Positions 25,627-41,104 are shown, counted from the stretch's first letter. The stretch: 64,000 nt of DNA from the human T2T-CHM13v2.0 reference genome, Homo sapiens (GCF_009914755.1 NC_060940.1); one strand, 5' to 3'. Notes: a model not told the origin generated them from the letters alone. Numbers and translations are program-made.

Positions 25627-25962
25627 TACAATAGGCAGAATGTTCATGTTTCCCCCAAATTCTTATGTTGAAATCTAATCCCCAAAGTGATAGTGTTTGG
25701 AGATGGAGCTTTTAGGAGATGATGACATCATTAGGGCTCTGCGGTCATGAATGATAACAGAGTTCTTGTAAAGGAGATCCTACATAACTTGCTTGACTTT
25801 TGCCACATGAGGACCAGGAAGCAGGCCCATGCCAGACATGAGATCTGTCAGAGCCTTGATCTTAGACTTCCCAGCCTCCAGAACTGTGAGACATCAATTT
25901 CTATGGTTTGTAAGCAACCTCCTCTATGGTATTCTCTTATAACAGCTCCAGGGACTAAGACA
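25627..25962 (+). mobile_element. MLT1A/MST-type MaLR solo LTR
   Basis: cccccaaattcttatgttgaaatctaatcccc ... ccttgatcttagacttcccagcctccagaactgtgag ... gactaagaca. Confidence 0.88.
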
Positions 25963-25999
25963 CTTGCACATACATGATTGTATAATTCAAAAAGTTGCT

Positions 26000-27050
<1,051 letters not shown>

Positions 27051-29977
27051 TTTAAATTTCCCAGAATTTTTAGAAGACACTATGAAGAAGACAATGTTAA
27101 AAACTTAATACCTACTCAAAATTAAATTGATTAATGAAGAAATTATCATTTATTAAGCCTCCAGCCTTTTGATATGTACTTTAAATATGTCTTCTATTTT
27201 AGTCTCTATAAGCAGATAATCTTGTGTATACATACAACAAATGAGAAAAAGGAGGCTATTTTCTCGGAGGAAAATACTTTGACATTTGTGCCACAACCAT
27301 GGTTAGACACCAGAATTTAGTTATTTGGGTGAGCTTGTATGTGTCTTATTTTCCTTGAAACCCAGTTTCTTTATTGGGCAATGAGTTAAACAAATTAATA
27401 TTATAAGCTTTCCTATTTCTGAAGTTCTGTTCTTAAGCATTTGCCAATTTTCCTTAAAAATCCTGTAGTTGGCCTCTGAATGTTGACCTAGTATAATTAT
27501 GTATGAGAGCAATTACCTATGTGCTTACAACCATCTCTCGTGCATTTTGTACTGTCTCTGATTGATAGGCTCCAATCTCCCCAATCACTGAATACTAGAG
27601 AGGGGCCCTGAGAGTCTTTAGATTCAGAAAAACCAAAGCTATCAAAGCATGTGGGCCTCGTCTTTCTTTACCATAGATCTCATTTTCTGGGACACGCCTG
27701 GATCTGCATTTCAATCGGAAGCACACACACATCCATTAATCAGCCATCACAGGAGAGTGAGCGCTGAGCTCAGACCATCACTCTCTCTCTCGTTAGCACG
27801 CATTACATTATACCCGTTGGATTTATTTTTATCATTATTCTTTTTGTAAAGAAACGTCAAAACCTAATTTCTCTATTAATATTGATGTGTTCAAGTTCTT
27901 GAAGCCAATTAGTTTAGACAGTTAAAGTATTTAACCAATGCTTAGAAAATCTCAAGGATGTTAACACTAGGCTCTATGAGAGTGATTACACAATGCATCG
28001 TGTAAGGCGACCTTTTCATTTAACAGTTTAGTTTAAGGAGAGAGATGTGTCATCAGTTGTTATCGCTACACTTTGAGGAATTCAATTCAGGAACTACTAG
28101 TAGAGTTTGTATTGGGTGAATAGACACAAATAATCAAAAAGTAGTTTTCCTTTAAAAGTAAGGGTCAGAAATTAGGTCTGATTTTGTCCTGTGCAGTATC
28201 AGCTCCAACCCAGCTGCTCTGAATGTGCTCAATCACCAAGTCCCTCTGTTTTTGCACATTAAATATATCTTGGATCCAGACTGCCTTTCCATCTCTTGTG
28301 CCACTGACTTTATTCAACCTGGAAGTACGATGGCAATAACTTCATTACTGCTTTTCCTTTGGTCTTGACCAATCCCAAGCATTCTCTACTTAATATCAAA
28401 GCATTCCTAATATGCATTCTTCCTTTGTCCACAGTCCTTTATTGGCTCTCTTTTACTAATGGGATAAAATCTGAGTCTGGCCTGTGGTGCACAGTGGTCT
28501 CTGGGAGTGTGACTTTTGTTCCATTTCCATCCTGTCACTGCCTGCCTTGCATTCACTGTTGAACAGGACACCACTATTCATAAATTCTAACACAAGATAA
28601 GGCTCCCTTTGTCAAGAAATCTTTGTATATATTGCCCTATCTGCAAGACAAAATCAAGGAGAACATGTGTAATCTAATCATTTAGAAAGAATGCTAAATT
28701 ATGAAGGTGTTTTCCAGGACCAGAGGGGAGCTTGGATTCCTAAGTGGCAGATCTTTAGGCAACAGGAAGAGACTTTTTGGTGTTATAGAATAATAATAGA
28801 AGTGACGGGGAGTACAGCCAGAAACATAAATAGGGGGAAGATGAACGGTTTTAAAAGCCATATCAAGGACTGGTGATATCGTGATATGATCATTGAAATG
28901 ATTTACATGAATAAACAATCCGTGTCTATGCACCAACTCTAAGATAAGTCATCTCATTATCAGAAACTTTCTTGGTGTGCCTGGTATCAGAGCTAGGGAT
29001 GTCAGTTGCATCAGGCTCTCATAACTGTACCCTAAATCTGTACCATAAAGACAGATATGCAAGCTTAGACACAGTTTACCACCCTGAGACTCTAAACTTC
29101 ATCTGTTGACTCATTCTTTCCTTAGATATAGTGATATAATTTATGCAGTAACAGCATTTGTCAATACAATTCAACTAAAGTTCTCTTGAAAAATCTTTAA
29201 CATTTTCCATTTCATGAAGCAATTTTCCGTAGATTTTTTTTTTCCTAAAAATGTCCCCTAATAAATGTGATGTGATACTATGTGGAAGAAAGTCCCTTTG
29301 CATGCACAATCTTTCCAGATACAAATATGTGACCTATACCTTGCCACCCAATAGGGATAGATTCCATCCAATAATTGGGGGAGAGTTGAGATATAAACAT
29401 TCTTATAATTTAAAAAATGTGGAATATAAAATAACTGTTGAAGAAAATAATAGAAATAGAAGCCATCATGCAGCTTCTGATAGATCACCATGTGAGTGGC
29501 AGTGACAATAATTGCTATAGGATTTGAAGAAGGGTCAGAGAAGGCTTTTAAAAGCAGATGAAATTGAAACTCAGTCTGAAAATATAGGCAAGATTTGAAT
29601 GGACGGGGAGTGGGTGGCATTCTTGGTACCTGGGTCTGTGTGCTGCAATTACCTTCTTAAGCAGATGATAAATTGTCTCTAATGTACAATGAGATTCTCT
29701 CAAGACAAATGGGACTTCCCTAGCTGTCGAGGGGGTTCCATAGACTGAGCAAATGATGAGAAGATTAGAAGAGACAGCAATGAAAATCCTGTTTTCTTGC
29801 TAAACTCAAGAAAGGCACTAGACTGGAAAGCTTCAAGGGAAAGAGGTTATCAATGTGGGGGTGAGCTGTATATGAGGCTTCCTGACATGCTCTTTTCACT
29901 TCCCACATTCTTTAGGTATTCAAAAAACACTATTTAGTGACTGCTGTATGCCAAGCATGGGCATTATTCTTTGAGGG

Positions 29978-30249
29978 TTTGTTTGTTTCTTTGTTTGTTT
30001 GTTTAGATAGAGTCTCCATAGATCACTAGGACCTCAAACTCCCATGCTCAAGGAACTCTCCTGCCTTAGCCTCCCGAGTAGTTGGGACTACAGAAATGTG
30101 CTACCATATTCAGCTAATTTTTAAGCTTTTTGTAAAGATGGTGTCTTGCTTTGTTGCCCAGACTACTCTTGAACTCCTGCCTTCAAATGATTCTTCTGCC
30201 TCAGCCTCCCAGAGTGTTGAGATTACAGGCATGAGCCACTGCACCAGAC
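29978..30249 (-). mobile_element. AluJ with ~30-bp internal deletion and (TTTG)n tail
   Basis: gatagagtctc joins directly to catagatcact, skipping the gctggagtgcagtgg block. Confidence 0.9.
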
Positions 30250-30379
30250 GATGAGCCCTATTCTTTAGCTGCTTCTGAATATCCCCTGCTATTCTTAATG
30301 CTGGTCTTGAACAAGTTTCCTTTCATTACTTTCACAATACAGGTTTTACCCTGCATATAGCCCAGTGAGAATGAATAAA

Positions 30380-30520
30380 AGCAGAGTCTTTATAAGTAGA
30401 TATTGACTTGAATCCCAGCTTCTTCTCTGATTATCTATCCTCTGTCAACTTCTTTTCACCTCTCTGAATTTTAGTTTCCTCATCTGTAAAATAGACATAA
30501 GAAAACTAATCTCATCCATT
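30380..30520 (+). mobile_element. MIR fragment
   Basis: ttgaatcccagct...cacctctctgaattttagtttcctcatctgtaaaat. Confidence 0.8.
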
Positions 30521-30544
30521 CTACCAGCAACCTTGATAAGTAAG

Positions 30545-30720
30545 TAATGGTTCTCAACCACCAGTGTGCATTAAAACCACCTGAGAAGTTTGTCATAAGA
30601 CTTAAGTCTATGCCCTGTGTCCAGAGATTGTGGCTTAATTGAACTGAGAGGGTACTTTTTTTTTTTTTTTACATCTTCTTCAGACAGTTGTAATTTGCTG
30701 CCAGAGGTAGGAACCATTGA
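30545..30720. mobile_element. MER5-family element
   Basis: taatggttctcaacc ... aggaaccattg terminal repeats. Confidence 0.65.
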
Positions 30721-30829
30721 GATAAAGTATATAAAGTGGCAGGTGCAGTCCTTGAGCTGAGGATCTTAGTAAGTGCTAACTGGTGCTTCTCACTTGCATT
30801 TTTTCCAGTTTTGATATTGTGACTGGGGA

Positions 30830-31740
30830 AAAAAGAAGACATTTGCAAGATATTTATCTGTAAAGGAGTTGTATCGGTAACATATAGATAACCATTACAA
30901 CTCAGTAAGAAAACCCAATTAAAAATGGCTAAAACAACTAAAAATGGCTAAAACAAATATATGAAATAGAGAATATATGGGTGGAAAATAAGCACGTGGA
31001 GCAATGCACAAAATAGTCATTTGAGAAATAGAAATTAAAACTCCTGTGCAATACTCAAAGTGGCTAAAGTTGAAAAAGACTGACCATAGCAACTGTTGAA
31101 GACAATATGGAACCATTGAAATGTTTATAAATTGCTGGTTAGAATATGAAATGGTACAACTTCTTTGGAGAGCATTTTGGAAGCTTCCCATGGAGTTAAA
31201 TATTTATACAACCCAAAGATTTCAATTCTAGGTATTTACCCCAAATAAACAAAGTATGCAGATATTCAAAGAGATTTATTTGTAACAAACAAAAACTTGA
31301 AGCAATGCATATTTTCTTTAACAGATGCATGTTAAACAAATTGTGGAATATCTCTACAATAAAATACTACTCAGCTAAAAAAAAATTAACTATTAACACA
31401 GAAAAATATGAATGAATCTCAAAATAGTAATGTTGAGTGAAATAAGACAGAAAGTAGTGTCTACAATGTAATTCCGCTTATATAAAATTGTATAAAATTC
31501 AAGTTAATAAAAAGTGACAGCATGCTAATGGTTTCCTGTATACAGGAAAATTTAAGGAAGGAGGGAATGAAATTTTAGTGATGCATAAGGAAATCTGGTG
31601 AGATAACAAATACCTTCATTATCAATTATGGTAATGGTCTCACAGATGTATTTATATGTCAACCTGATCAAATTGTATACTCTAAATATGTGAAAATTAT
31701 GGCATGTCTATTATGCTTTAATAAACCTCTATTTCAAAAA
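30830..31740 (+). mobile_element. L1ME-type 3' region
   Basis: tggctaaagttgaaaaagactgac, ttctaggtatttaccc, atgaatgaatctcaaaa, atcaaattgtatactctaaatatgtg, ttatgctttaataaa. Confidence 0.85.
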
Positions 31741-31855
31741 GCACAATAAACATGCCTACGGATGGAGGGCTGGAATAGAAAAATAGGTAAAAGACTACTC
31801 ACCAAAATAACTTTCCACCTGTTCCATTTACAATGTTTTTAAAACATTTTGGGGC

Positions 31856-31990
31856 ATATATATATATATGTATATTCACACACACATACACACACATATA
31901 TATATCTATACATCCACACACATACATATATATACACACATATATACACACATATATATTATATATGTACATATATTCATACACATATAA
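31856..31990. repeat. Compound (TA)n/(CA)n low-complexity tract
   Basis: Read directly from sequence. Confidence 0.95.
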
Positions 31991-32045
31991 AATATTGTCT
32001 TAATAAATATTTCATACCTGGAATGATCTACATTTTATTGTAATA

Positions 32046-32740
32046 TGTATTAGTTATCTATTATTGCCTAGAAAATTCCCTAAAACTTAGGTGCTGAAAA
32101 TAGCAATATTAATTATCTCAGCTCGAAGACTGAGGTTGGAATCCTCCAACATAGAAGTCATGAAGCGTCGTGTGCAAATTCCAGCTCTACTGAAGCTATA
32201 ATTTTGGAGAGTTCACATGGAGATGTTTCTTAGAGATAGCGGGAAGTGTCCAAGGGGCCATAGCTGCTCCAGTTTCAGTCGTCTGAGTCTTTTTGCACTA
32301 GCAGCACAAATATGAGTGAGTAAGCCTTCTGATAATTCTATCTCCAGCCTTCAAGCTACCCCAGACAATATCTAGTGCAGCAGAGACGAACTATCTCTGT
32401 TAATTCCTGTCTCAATTATAGATTCTTAGGCAAAATAGATGTCATTTTATGCCACCATATATTGTGGTGATTTGTTACATAATATTGGATAATCGAAAGA
32501 TTTTTTTGTACCTGGAGCTAAGATGCTGCCATAATAAAATCTGAAATGTGTGGTTTCGGCACTGAGTGGTAAATGGAAGCTAGAGGAATCTTAAGGACAG
32601 TTTGTGCAAATGTAAAAGTCTTGAAAAAGACTATTAATGAAAGACTGAAGGTCCCCTTAGAAGGCCTAGGAGTGGGGCGAGGAGCAATTACTTAATCAAA
32701 AACTTAATAGTTGGTGAAAGGGAAGTGTCCATTGACTCTT
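32046..32740 (+). mobile_element. MLT1 LTR (G/H-like) plus start of MLT internal sequence, preceded by a short reverse MLT1 end (32046-32120)
   Basis: gcagagacgaacta...tgtggtgatttgttac...gataatcgaaa then tgtacctggagc...gctgccataataaaatctgaaatgtgtgg. Confidence 0.7.
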
Positions 32741-32769
32741 CACCAGATAACATTAATAGGGCTTAATTA

Positions 32770-33080
32770 AGAATACAGATTTTATTCCAAGTTCAGCATG
32801 TAATCATGAAGTAGTTCAAACAACAAAGTGACATGATGTAACTTGTATGCTAGAAAAGATGACTCTAGCTTCTTGTAGAGAACAGATTTCAGTGATTCAA
32901 ATTAAAATGGACCAGTTAGGGGACTTGTGGTAGTCCCATTGGGCAGTAATGGAGCCTGGGACTAAAGTGGCATTCATGGAGATAGAAAGAGTGGATAGGC
33001 TCAGGATGTTCTCTACAGATAAAGAACAGGAGCCAGAACTTGATGATAAAATGAAATGAATGTGTAGCAAAAATAAGTTT
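32770..33080 (-). mobile_element. L2 fragment
   Basis: agtgacatgatg...gaaaagatgactctagct...ggaccagttagg...ggagatagaaagagtggata. Confidence 0.7.
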
Positions 33081-34159
33081 CTACCTTTATTTGAGGGTTC
33101 TTAAGAAGGTCACATAAAATGAGTCTGTAAGTGTTTTATAAATATAAAGCTTTTAAATTTTTTTCATGACATTTCATGTCTATTGATATATGAAGAACTC
33201 TAGGCAGGTTTGCTTGACTTGTTTCCAACCCCGTCCTCTACAGCACAATGCATCTTGTTCAATAGTCTTAATGCATACATGAATACCATATAATGCTTTG
33301 CCCGCTTTATGGATGAACACTGACTATATCTAAATGGTATCTATATTTCCTTTGAATACTGCAAACTGGTATTTGATCATTTCATTTTGCTACAGAAGAT
33401 GAAACATTATGATTTTCAGTAATCCATAAAGACAGACATTTGTTTCCTTTGTGAAACTGTAGCCTTCAATGATTATTCCTCACATTAATCATAGTAAAAG
33501 CAATGCTTAAGGTAATCTCTTTCTTCTTGCGGATAATAAATGTCTGCTGTTGACAGAAAAAGTGTGGAAAGGTGAAAGGCAGGGTGAGCTCTCTGTGTTC
33601 ATGAGATAAACAACTGTCATCATCTCCTAAGAGCGCTATGATCATGAAAAGCCAAAGTTGCCTCTTTACATAACATTGACAATAAAACTAATTTTTCCCT
33701 AACTGATGTTTCAAAAGATTTCACTGGGGATATCTAAGCTACAATTTCTATCCAGAAGTCTAACTTTATTAAGTGTTTATAAATTCATGGTTTATATTGT
33801 TAAACACTGAAGAAATTAGCATCTGAAATTGCATTCACAGCCACTCTCCTCTTAAAATTGTTGGTGACTTATTGGTCTACAGAAGCATAAGATAACCTAG
33901 TGATTTCCTCATCAGAAATGACCAAGATCATAACTGAATGTGAGATCTTGAATGTGAATCTAATCCAGGATGTAAAAAGGTATGAACTACAAATGAACAA
34001 GAAAAATTACAAAAAGAAAAGTAACAAATAAGAGTACCTACTTTCAAGCAAAGTTCCTGGGGATACATTTTCATGGGTATATAGCCATGAATTTCACTTG
34101 ACAATGCTTGCAGGCAATGAAGACAAGGGAATGACATCTATTTAATACCCGTTTTGACA

Positions 34160-34390
34160 TTGCACTTTATGAATGGTTTCCGTAGATTGCCTCATTTAAG
34201 TCTGGTGAAATCCAAGCAAGTAAGGTGTCACTACAAAGCCTTTTGCCAGATTTTTATAAATGAGGCTCAGATAGGGAAAATGTGACTCATGTAGGTCATG
34301 AAAATTTCTCAAGTATTTATAAATGCTGCCATCGCTAAAGGTAGCTATGTCTGACTCCAGGCTTATGCTTTCTTTCTTCCGCCAAACTAG
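34160..34390 (-). mobile_element. MIR fragment
   Basis: cctcatttaagtct...tgaggctcaga...tgtctgactccaggcttatgct. Confidence 0.6.
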
Positions 34391-34544
34391 AGTATGCAGG
34401 ATGATTTCAAATTATTTTAAATGATGTCTTAAAGTGGTTTGAGGTTTTAAAAATAATGTTTTCTTCAAGTACCATGCATGGGCCACAACATTTCTAAACT
34501 CTATGGCGTTTTTATATCTAATCTCATTTTTTAGAATATGTTGC

Positions 34545-34855
34545 CTGTCTAGAAAACTCTCACACACTTAAGACTCAGTTCTTATGATCCAGGACAAACG
34601 TGTTCCCTTTGCGGATGACTTCCCTGATCATGACAAGAAGAGATTATTGCTGTTCCACCCACACACCCACCACATGCACTTAACACACTGCATTCAATTA
34701 ACTAACTGTATGGCAACCTGTTTTCATCCCCAGGCATCCTGGGAGACACTTCACAGAAATAATCATGTACTACTCAACTTTGAATCTTCAGTTCCAATTC
34801 AGGTGTCTGGCCCGTAGTTGTCATTAAATTAACATTTTCTTAATTAATAAACAAG
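34545..34855 (+). mobile_element. L2 3' fragment
   Basis: ttaagactcag...cttccctga...ctttgaatcttcag...gtgtctggcccgtag. Confidence 0.6.
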
Positions 34856-35789
34856 CACATACTGAAAGTAAAATATTATCGTGTTTATTATAAATCTCAC
34901 ACAAATATATTTATATATCTAGATCCCTAGTTGGGAACAAAAGACAATTCAATCATAATCAAAGAGAAAATGTTAATTTTCAAATAATTAATGTGCATAA
35001 GAAGAAGTTCATGTGCATTATCTGTTTCATCACAGTGCTGTCATTAGTACGTTGACTTAGCTCATTTTATAGCCAAGGAATACAGACATTTTAGTTCTTT
35101 TTAAATGTGTCTGGAAGTCAAAATATTAATTTCAATATTTTACCCTGCTGAAATACATGAATTTATTTTGATAAATATATGAGTGAATGATGGATGAATA
35201 GATGAATAAATAAAAAATGAATGAATTAAACTCACATATACGGTGAAACAAATAGCTTAGTTTTAGTGACCACAGATATTAGACTTACACAAGGTATATT
35301 ACTCTTTTCTTTAAAAAAACAGAATAATATACAAGGGTCAAGTACTATGACTTGATTAAGCACTACTTAATATATGCTTAACTGTAGCCAGGAGGAAGGC
35401 CATGTTTCTTTTATAATGCGTGAAATATTAGAACTAAAACCTTCCTAAATTTTAAATTCTTTCAGGAGATATGAATAGTTAAACACTTGTATAATTTTGG
35501 AGGTAAAATGAGTTTCAAGGGAGACCTAGAGGAATTTAATAATAAGGGCTAATTTTTAATTCACCAGAATTCCACACTGTCTAATAAATGATATCTCTAT
35601 ATTACAGATGTCTTACTTGATGCTTTAACGCACAATCTATGATTCTTAAAGTAGCCAGATTAAATTAAGTGACTTGCTCATGTCTACACAACTTGTAAAA
35701 GACAGAAGTCTGTGTAGATATAACAATAAAGCAAGAAAGATAGATACAGAAAGGGGCAAATCAGAGAGAAAGAAAATGAGAGAATTATG

Positions 35790-36440
35790 TGTGTGTTCAA
35801 CGTCACAAAATACTTTACAGTGTACAAGGATTATGCATGGAATGAATCCTAAAGGATGAGAAGGGCTTCAAAGGGCAAACAAGAGAATTCAAGGCAGAAA
35901 AATTACCCTGCGAGAAATCATGAAACCTTGAGAACAAGGAACAGCTGAGAAACTTCTGGAGTTCTGTTACCTTGTCCCTAGATGGGGCTGATAAATGATG
36001 TGGAATGAGGCTGGAGAAGTAGGCTAGAGTTTAGGCTCCAGAAAGCCTTTGATGCCATGTTAAACTTCTCATGTTTTACTCTGTTATCAAAGAGGAGTCA
36101 CTGAAAGGTTTTGAGCTGATCTTATTGGCATTTAATTTAAGAAAGCCTACTCTGGTTGCCTGGTGGCCTAGATGGAGGAGTGGTAGTGAATTTGGCTATG
36201 AGCAGATCAGTTAGAAGGATATTTTAGAAGGCCAGGTGAAAACATTGAAAGGAGAAAATAATGGAGATCTGGACTAGGGAAGTGCCTGTGGGATAAAGAG
36301 GGAACAAATGGAAAATAGTTTTAGGTGGTAAATTAAATATGAAATAATAATCTCTTTTATGTGGTTGGGTAAAGGAAGGAGAAATTTAGGAGGTACTCTG
36401 AGTTTTCGCATGAGGATAATGGAACCCTCATTATCAGTGC
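35790..36440 (-). mobile_element. L2 fragment
   Basis: atgaggctggagaagtaggc, gccatgttaa, ggagtcactgaaaggttttgagc, ctctggttgc, cagttagaagg. Confidence 0.75.
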
Positions 36441-38234
36441 ATGGATCGGTATAAAAAGTGCCAAAGTCAAAAGTTAAAATATCTCTGCCTTCAGACAAAG
36501 TTTCTAAGTGCACATTCATTTTTTTAAATTTTAAAACACGTAAGATATTTCAAGCAGTTTTGTCAGTGTGCTTAGGCATCCCTTCAGAAGAGGAAGGAGA
36601 AATTGGAGCTCTTTCTAATTCTTGTCAAGTCTTTTATTCTGAAACTTAAATGCTATAGTTCTTTGAATTTTGTTTTCAAACACAAATTTTTATGTTTCAC
36701 TCTTATGAATTGATAGTCTGAATTGTGCATATGAGAGATGGTTTCGATCTTATTCTGGTGATTGTGCCATTAATTTATAACTCACTGGATACTACTTATT
36801 TTCTCTAACTTAGTCCATCCTACCTTTTAAAACATCCTCCTCTTTCTATCAACTCAATAGTGTATTCAAGTCTAGACATGAAATAAATATTTTGCAATTT
36901 AAATTTGAGTATTGAACAGACAGCACTTTGATTATGTTTGAAGAATTTTCAATGAGAAAAAGGAGAAGAGATGAGAAAAAAAGTTACGGCTTCTATAATC
37001 TCATGAAGCAATTACCAAAAGTTTATGCCGTGAGATTTATCAGTAACTTTTTTTATGTAACTTCATGTTTTTTATTATTTATCAACCAATAATCATTGAC
37101 TAGGAAAGGATACATTTGGACACAATGATATCCTTTCCTCCTTTTTAAAATTCTTTATGGTAGGTACACCTGGTTGCTTGATCAGAGTTTTCAGTGAGGT
37201 TATTGCTTTGGGTTTAGGTTGGTTGGCTTGTGTCTCTATAATGAACAATTTGTTTGCAGGAAGACACTCTTTGTTATTAAGTTATATGGAACGTGATGGA
37301 TAGATGTGCGAGATAGGTTGAAACACATTTTACACTACACTTTATGAAACAGCGTGGGACATTAATTGAAAATCTAACTCATTTCACTTTATTTATTTCA
37401 AAATATACCAACATTCTTTACAACTTTGACATTTCAGTAATCACTTAGAAAAAAAAATCTTGGGCAAATCATATGGGAAGATAGTTATCTTCCGTCCTTA
37501 ACAAATTTGACTGCTTTGGAAATCAACTCATAAATATTTAGCTAATATACACCCAGAGCAATGGATTGTGCAAAATTAAATGCCTCATTGAAACAATTAA
37601 TTTCAAATGCTATGATTTATTGAGCATACTTTACTGGAAATTTAATAGAAATATGGACTCAAAGTAATTTGAGCAGAGGATGTTTGCACTGTCTTTGATT
37701 TCTGGCCAACATATGTTCTTTCTTACCCTGCAGGTGAACCTCATGAAAGAGCAAACTTCCAGGAAAGCTCTCTAATTGAATTTGTGGGTCAGAGTTTGAT
37801 GAGAGGAGGCGATGACCACAGATTGTATAAAAACTAAATAAATAAATAAACAAAATGAAATAATCTTTTTATATTTCATATACCTCCTGCAGTTAAGCCC
37901 TCAGGGAAGAAAACGCCACTTCACTAAAAGCTGTTGTCATCATCTGTCCATTTCAAAAGAATACAGCTCATGCTTCTCAGAGCATCAGTAACCAAATATA
38001 TCCTCCAGGCATCTGAAACATTCAGTCCTGCAATTTCCCGTAAGGGAACTTGTACTTGGGCTTTAAGCAAGAGTTTCACACAGCAGTAGAAGGCAGCAGG
38101 AATAGCCAGAAAGGCTGGGATGGGGAGTTGGAGAGGTGATAATGGAGTGGAGGTGGTGAAGAAGAGGAAGGTGATGAAAAAAATACCTACTCAGAGTCTT
38201 GAGTTAATTCAATCTATCTGCATTTGTAGCAGAA

Positions 38235-38400
38235 AGGACACTGAGGTAGGACTCTGAAGACCTGGGTTCTAGATCCCATCTGTTAACGTCCTCAAGAAAA
38301 TCACTCTGTTGTTTGTTAGACTAATTTTCTTATCTGTAAAGTGAAATCAGACAAATAGGCAAGACAAATGCTAAGATTTCTTCCAATTTAGGCATTCATT
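38235..38400 (+). mobile_element. MIR/MIR3 fragment
   Basis: gaagacctgggttctagatccc...ttcttatctgtaaagtg. Confidence 0.65.
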
Positions 38401-39102
38401 AACTTTTAAACTTTATCTTACAGGTTTCTTTCTTCAATTCTGCAAAAGTCAGGTATCTTCCAAAAACAATTAAGCTTGAACACAGCTGAATTTTAATTTC
38501 CAAATACTTATTAATGATCAGTGAAGAACCATGTGGGTTTTGCTTTAGGTACATGTCTCTTTTGTGTTCATAATTCAAAATGTTTCCTAATTAAACCAAG
38601 CTTCTTGATTTTTATTATAATTTCTAAGATGTGTTATAATAATAAATCATTTCCCAAAATATTTTAAATCACACTTTCAAAACTACACTTTGGCTTCTAG
38701 GTAGGTATGAATTTTGTTGTCATTGTGTATTTTTACTCTCTCTACAATATTCTGTATCTAGGGAGAAACCCATTCTTGTCTTTTTTTTAGCCCAATAACC
38801 TAAGCATAATACATAATACAATTTATCTTATTTGACATTGAACGACTACCTCTTTCCAGGCATAGGATAGATGGTCTGGCCATGCTGATTTCAGAATGTA
38901 CTCCTGGATCTGAACAGAAGATTGTTCCCAGTGACCTCTGAACTTCCCAAAAGTTAGTGAACATAAACTAAATCTGGGTTTCTTCATGTCTTAATGCTTC
39001 CTTCATGACTTAATGATGCTATATGCTCGTCCTTTTTTAGCCCAATAACTTAATGACTCCTTCATGTCTTAATGGTTCCTTCATGGCTTAATACTACATT
39101 TC

Positions 39103-39403
<301 letters not shown>

Positions 39404-39859
39404 ATACTACATTTCAATCTACTCAAAAAGAAACTTATATTTTTAATGCCAGCCTTTCAGCATATGGACAAATAGTGCACTCTAATCATAATGTAAAATA
39501 GGAAATACACAAATAATTACATGGATGGTACTGAAACATTGGAATTTTTTTTCCTTTTTTTTTAGCAACTGGCTTACTAGTTGTGTGTGTGTGTGTGCAC
39601 ATGTGTTTTCAGTTTTGTGTGACACTTAACATAGGGGCTTTCACCAGTACCCATACCTTGAGTTTCTCAGTTTTCTTTAATTAGGAAAGCATAAAAGACC
39701 TCATAATATAAGCATGAGGCATCGTACCATTGACATCAGCAATGTCACAGCGTTTTTCTGGTAGTTGGTTGTTGAAGACACTTCACTGAGCTGAATTCTA
39801 ATATGGTGAAAAGACAATGGTAAAGCTTTGTTTTCTTGATTTCTTTTAGTGTTTGTTTA

Positions 39860-40270
39860 ATTTTCCACAAAGTATTCTTGAGGTAATGGTCTTTGTACAG
39901 ATGGATTTTATTTGAGAAGTGGTTCCAAGGAACAACAGGGGAGGAAAAGAATGAGATAACAAAGGAGAAAAATCTAATCCAAAGATGTTTTATTAAGTTG
40001 GTCCGCACTATGGGAAAATAGGGCTCAATTCTGAGGTTGAAACTCTTTGGATCTGAGCAGAATATGCTTCCAACTCTCTGCTCAAGAGACTGACTAATAA
40101 TTTTACCCACTAGCTGCTACTCCCTATAATTCAAAGGCTGTCCAATGGTTGTTTAAATCTTTTGCACTTTCAGGCTGCTACATGCAGCTGGCTGTAGCCA
40201 AGACTGGAATTAAAAGGCTCACTGAGAGGATGTGGGCCAGGAATAAGGCGTGTTCAATACACAGGCCACA
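39860..40270 (-). mobile_element. LTR33/LTR16-family ERVL LTR
   Basis: tttatttgagaagtggttccaagga...tgttttattaagttggt...cactatgggaaaatagggctcaatt matches the reverse LTR33-like pattern. Confidence 0.6.
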
Positions 40271-40299
40271 TTAAATGGCATAAGGTAAGCGCTCAGTAA

Positions 40300-40530
40300 A
40301 TGTTCATTATTTTTTGTGCCAGAAACTATGGTATGATTTGCAGTGATGTTCTCAGGACTGAATATTATTATTTTCATTTAATAGATAATGATTCCATGGC
40401 AAAAAGAAGAAAAGAGGAGAAGGGCAAGGAGAGGGAGAAAAAGTTAGATAATTTGTCCAAAGTCACAAAACTACTAAGTAGCTGAGTCAAGATTAACCCT
40501 CAGATCATCTGATTCCAGAAATCACCTGCT
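40300..40530 (-). mobile_element. MIR fragment
   Basis: aatttgtccaaagtcacaaaactactaagtagctgagtcaagatt...tctgattccaga. Confidence 0.7.
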
Positions 40531-40587
40531 TTTTTGTTTAAGAGAAGTGGTATATCACAATGAAAAAAATCACTATCAGTCAGAAGT

Positions 40588-40613
40588 TGTGTGTGTGTGT
40601 GTGTGTGTGTGTG
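40588..40613. repeat. (TG)n microsatellite
   Basis: Read directly from sequence. Confidence 0.95.
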
Positions 40614-40787
40614 CGCTTCATCGTGGATAAAATGTAAGTTGTTAAGCTAGAAAGTGGGCTCAAGTGATGACTCTAGAACTTATCTGTGTGTCTTCGATCA
40701 AATCAGTCAAACTCTTTAACTATTAATTTATTTGTATGTCATACTCTTTTCTGAAACATATTTCTGGACTCCAATTATTTAATTTAA

Positions 40788-41104
<317 letters not shown>

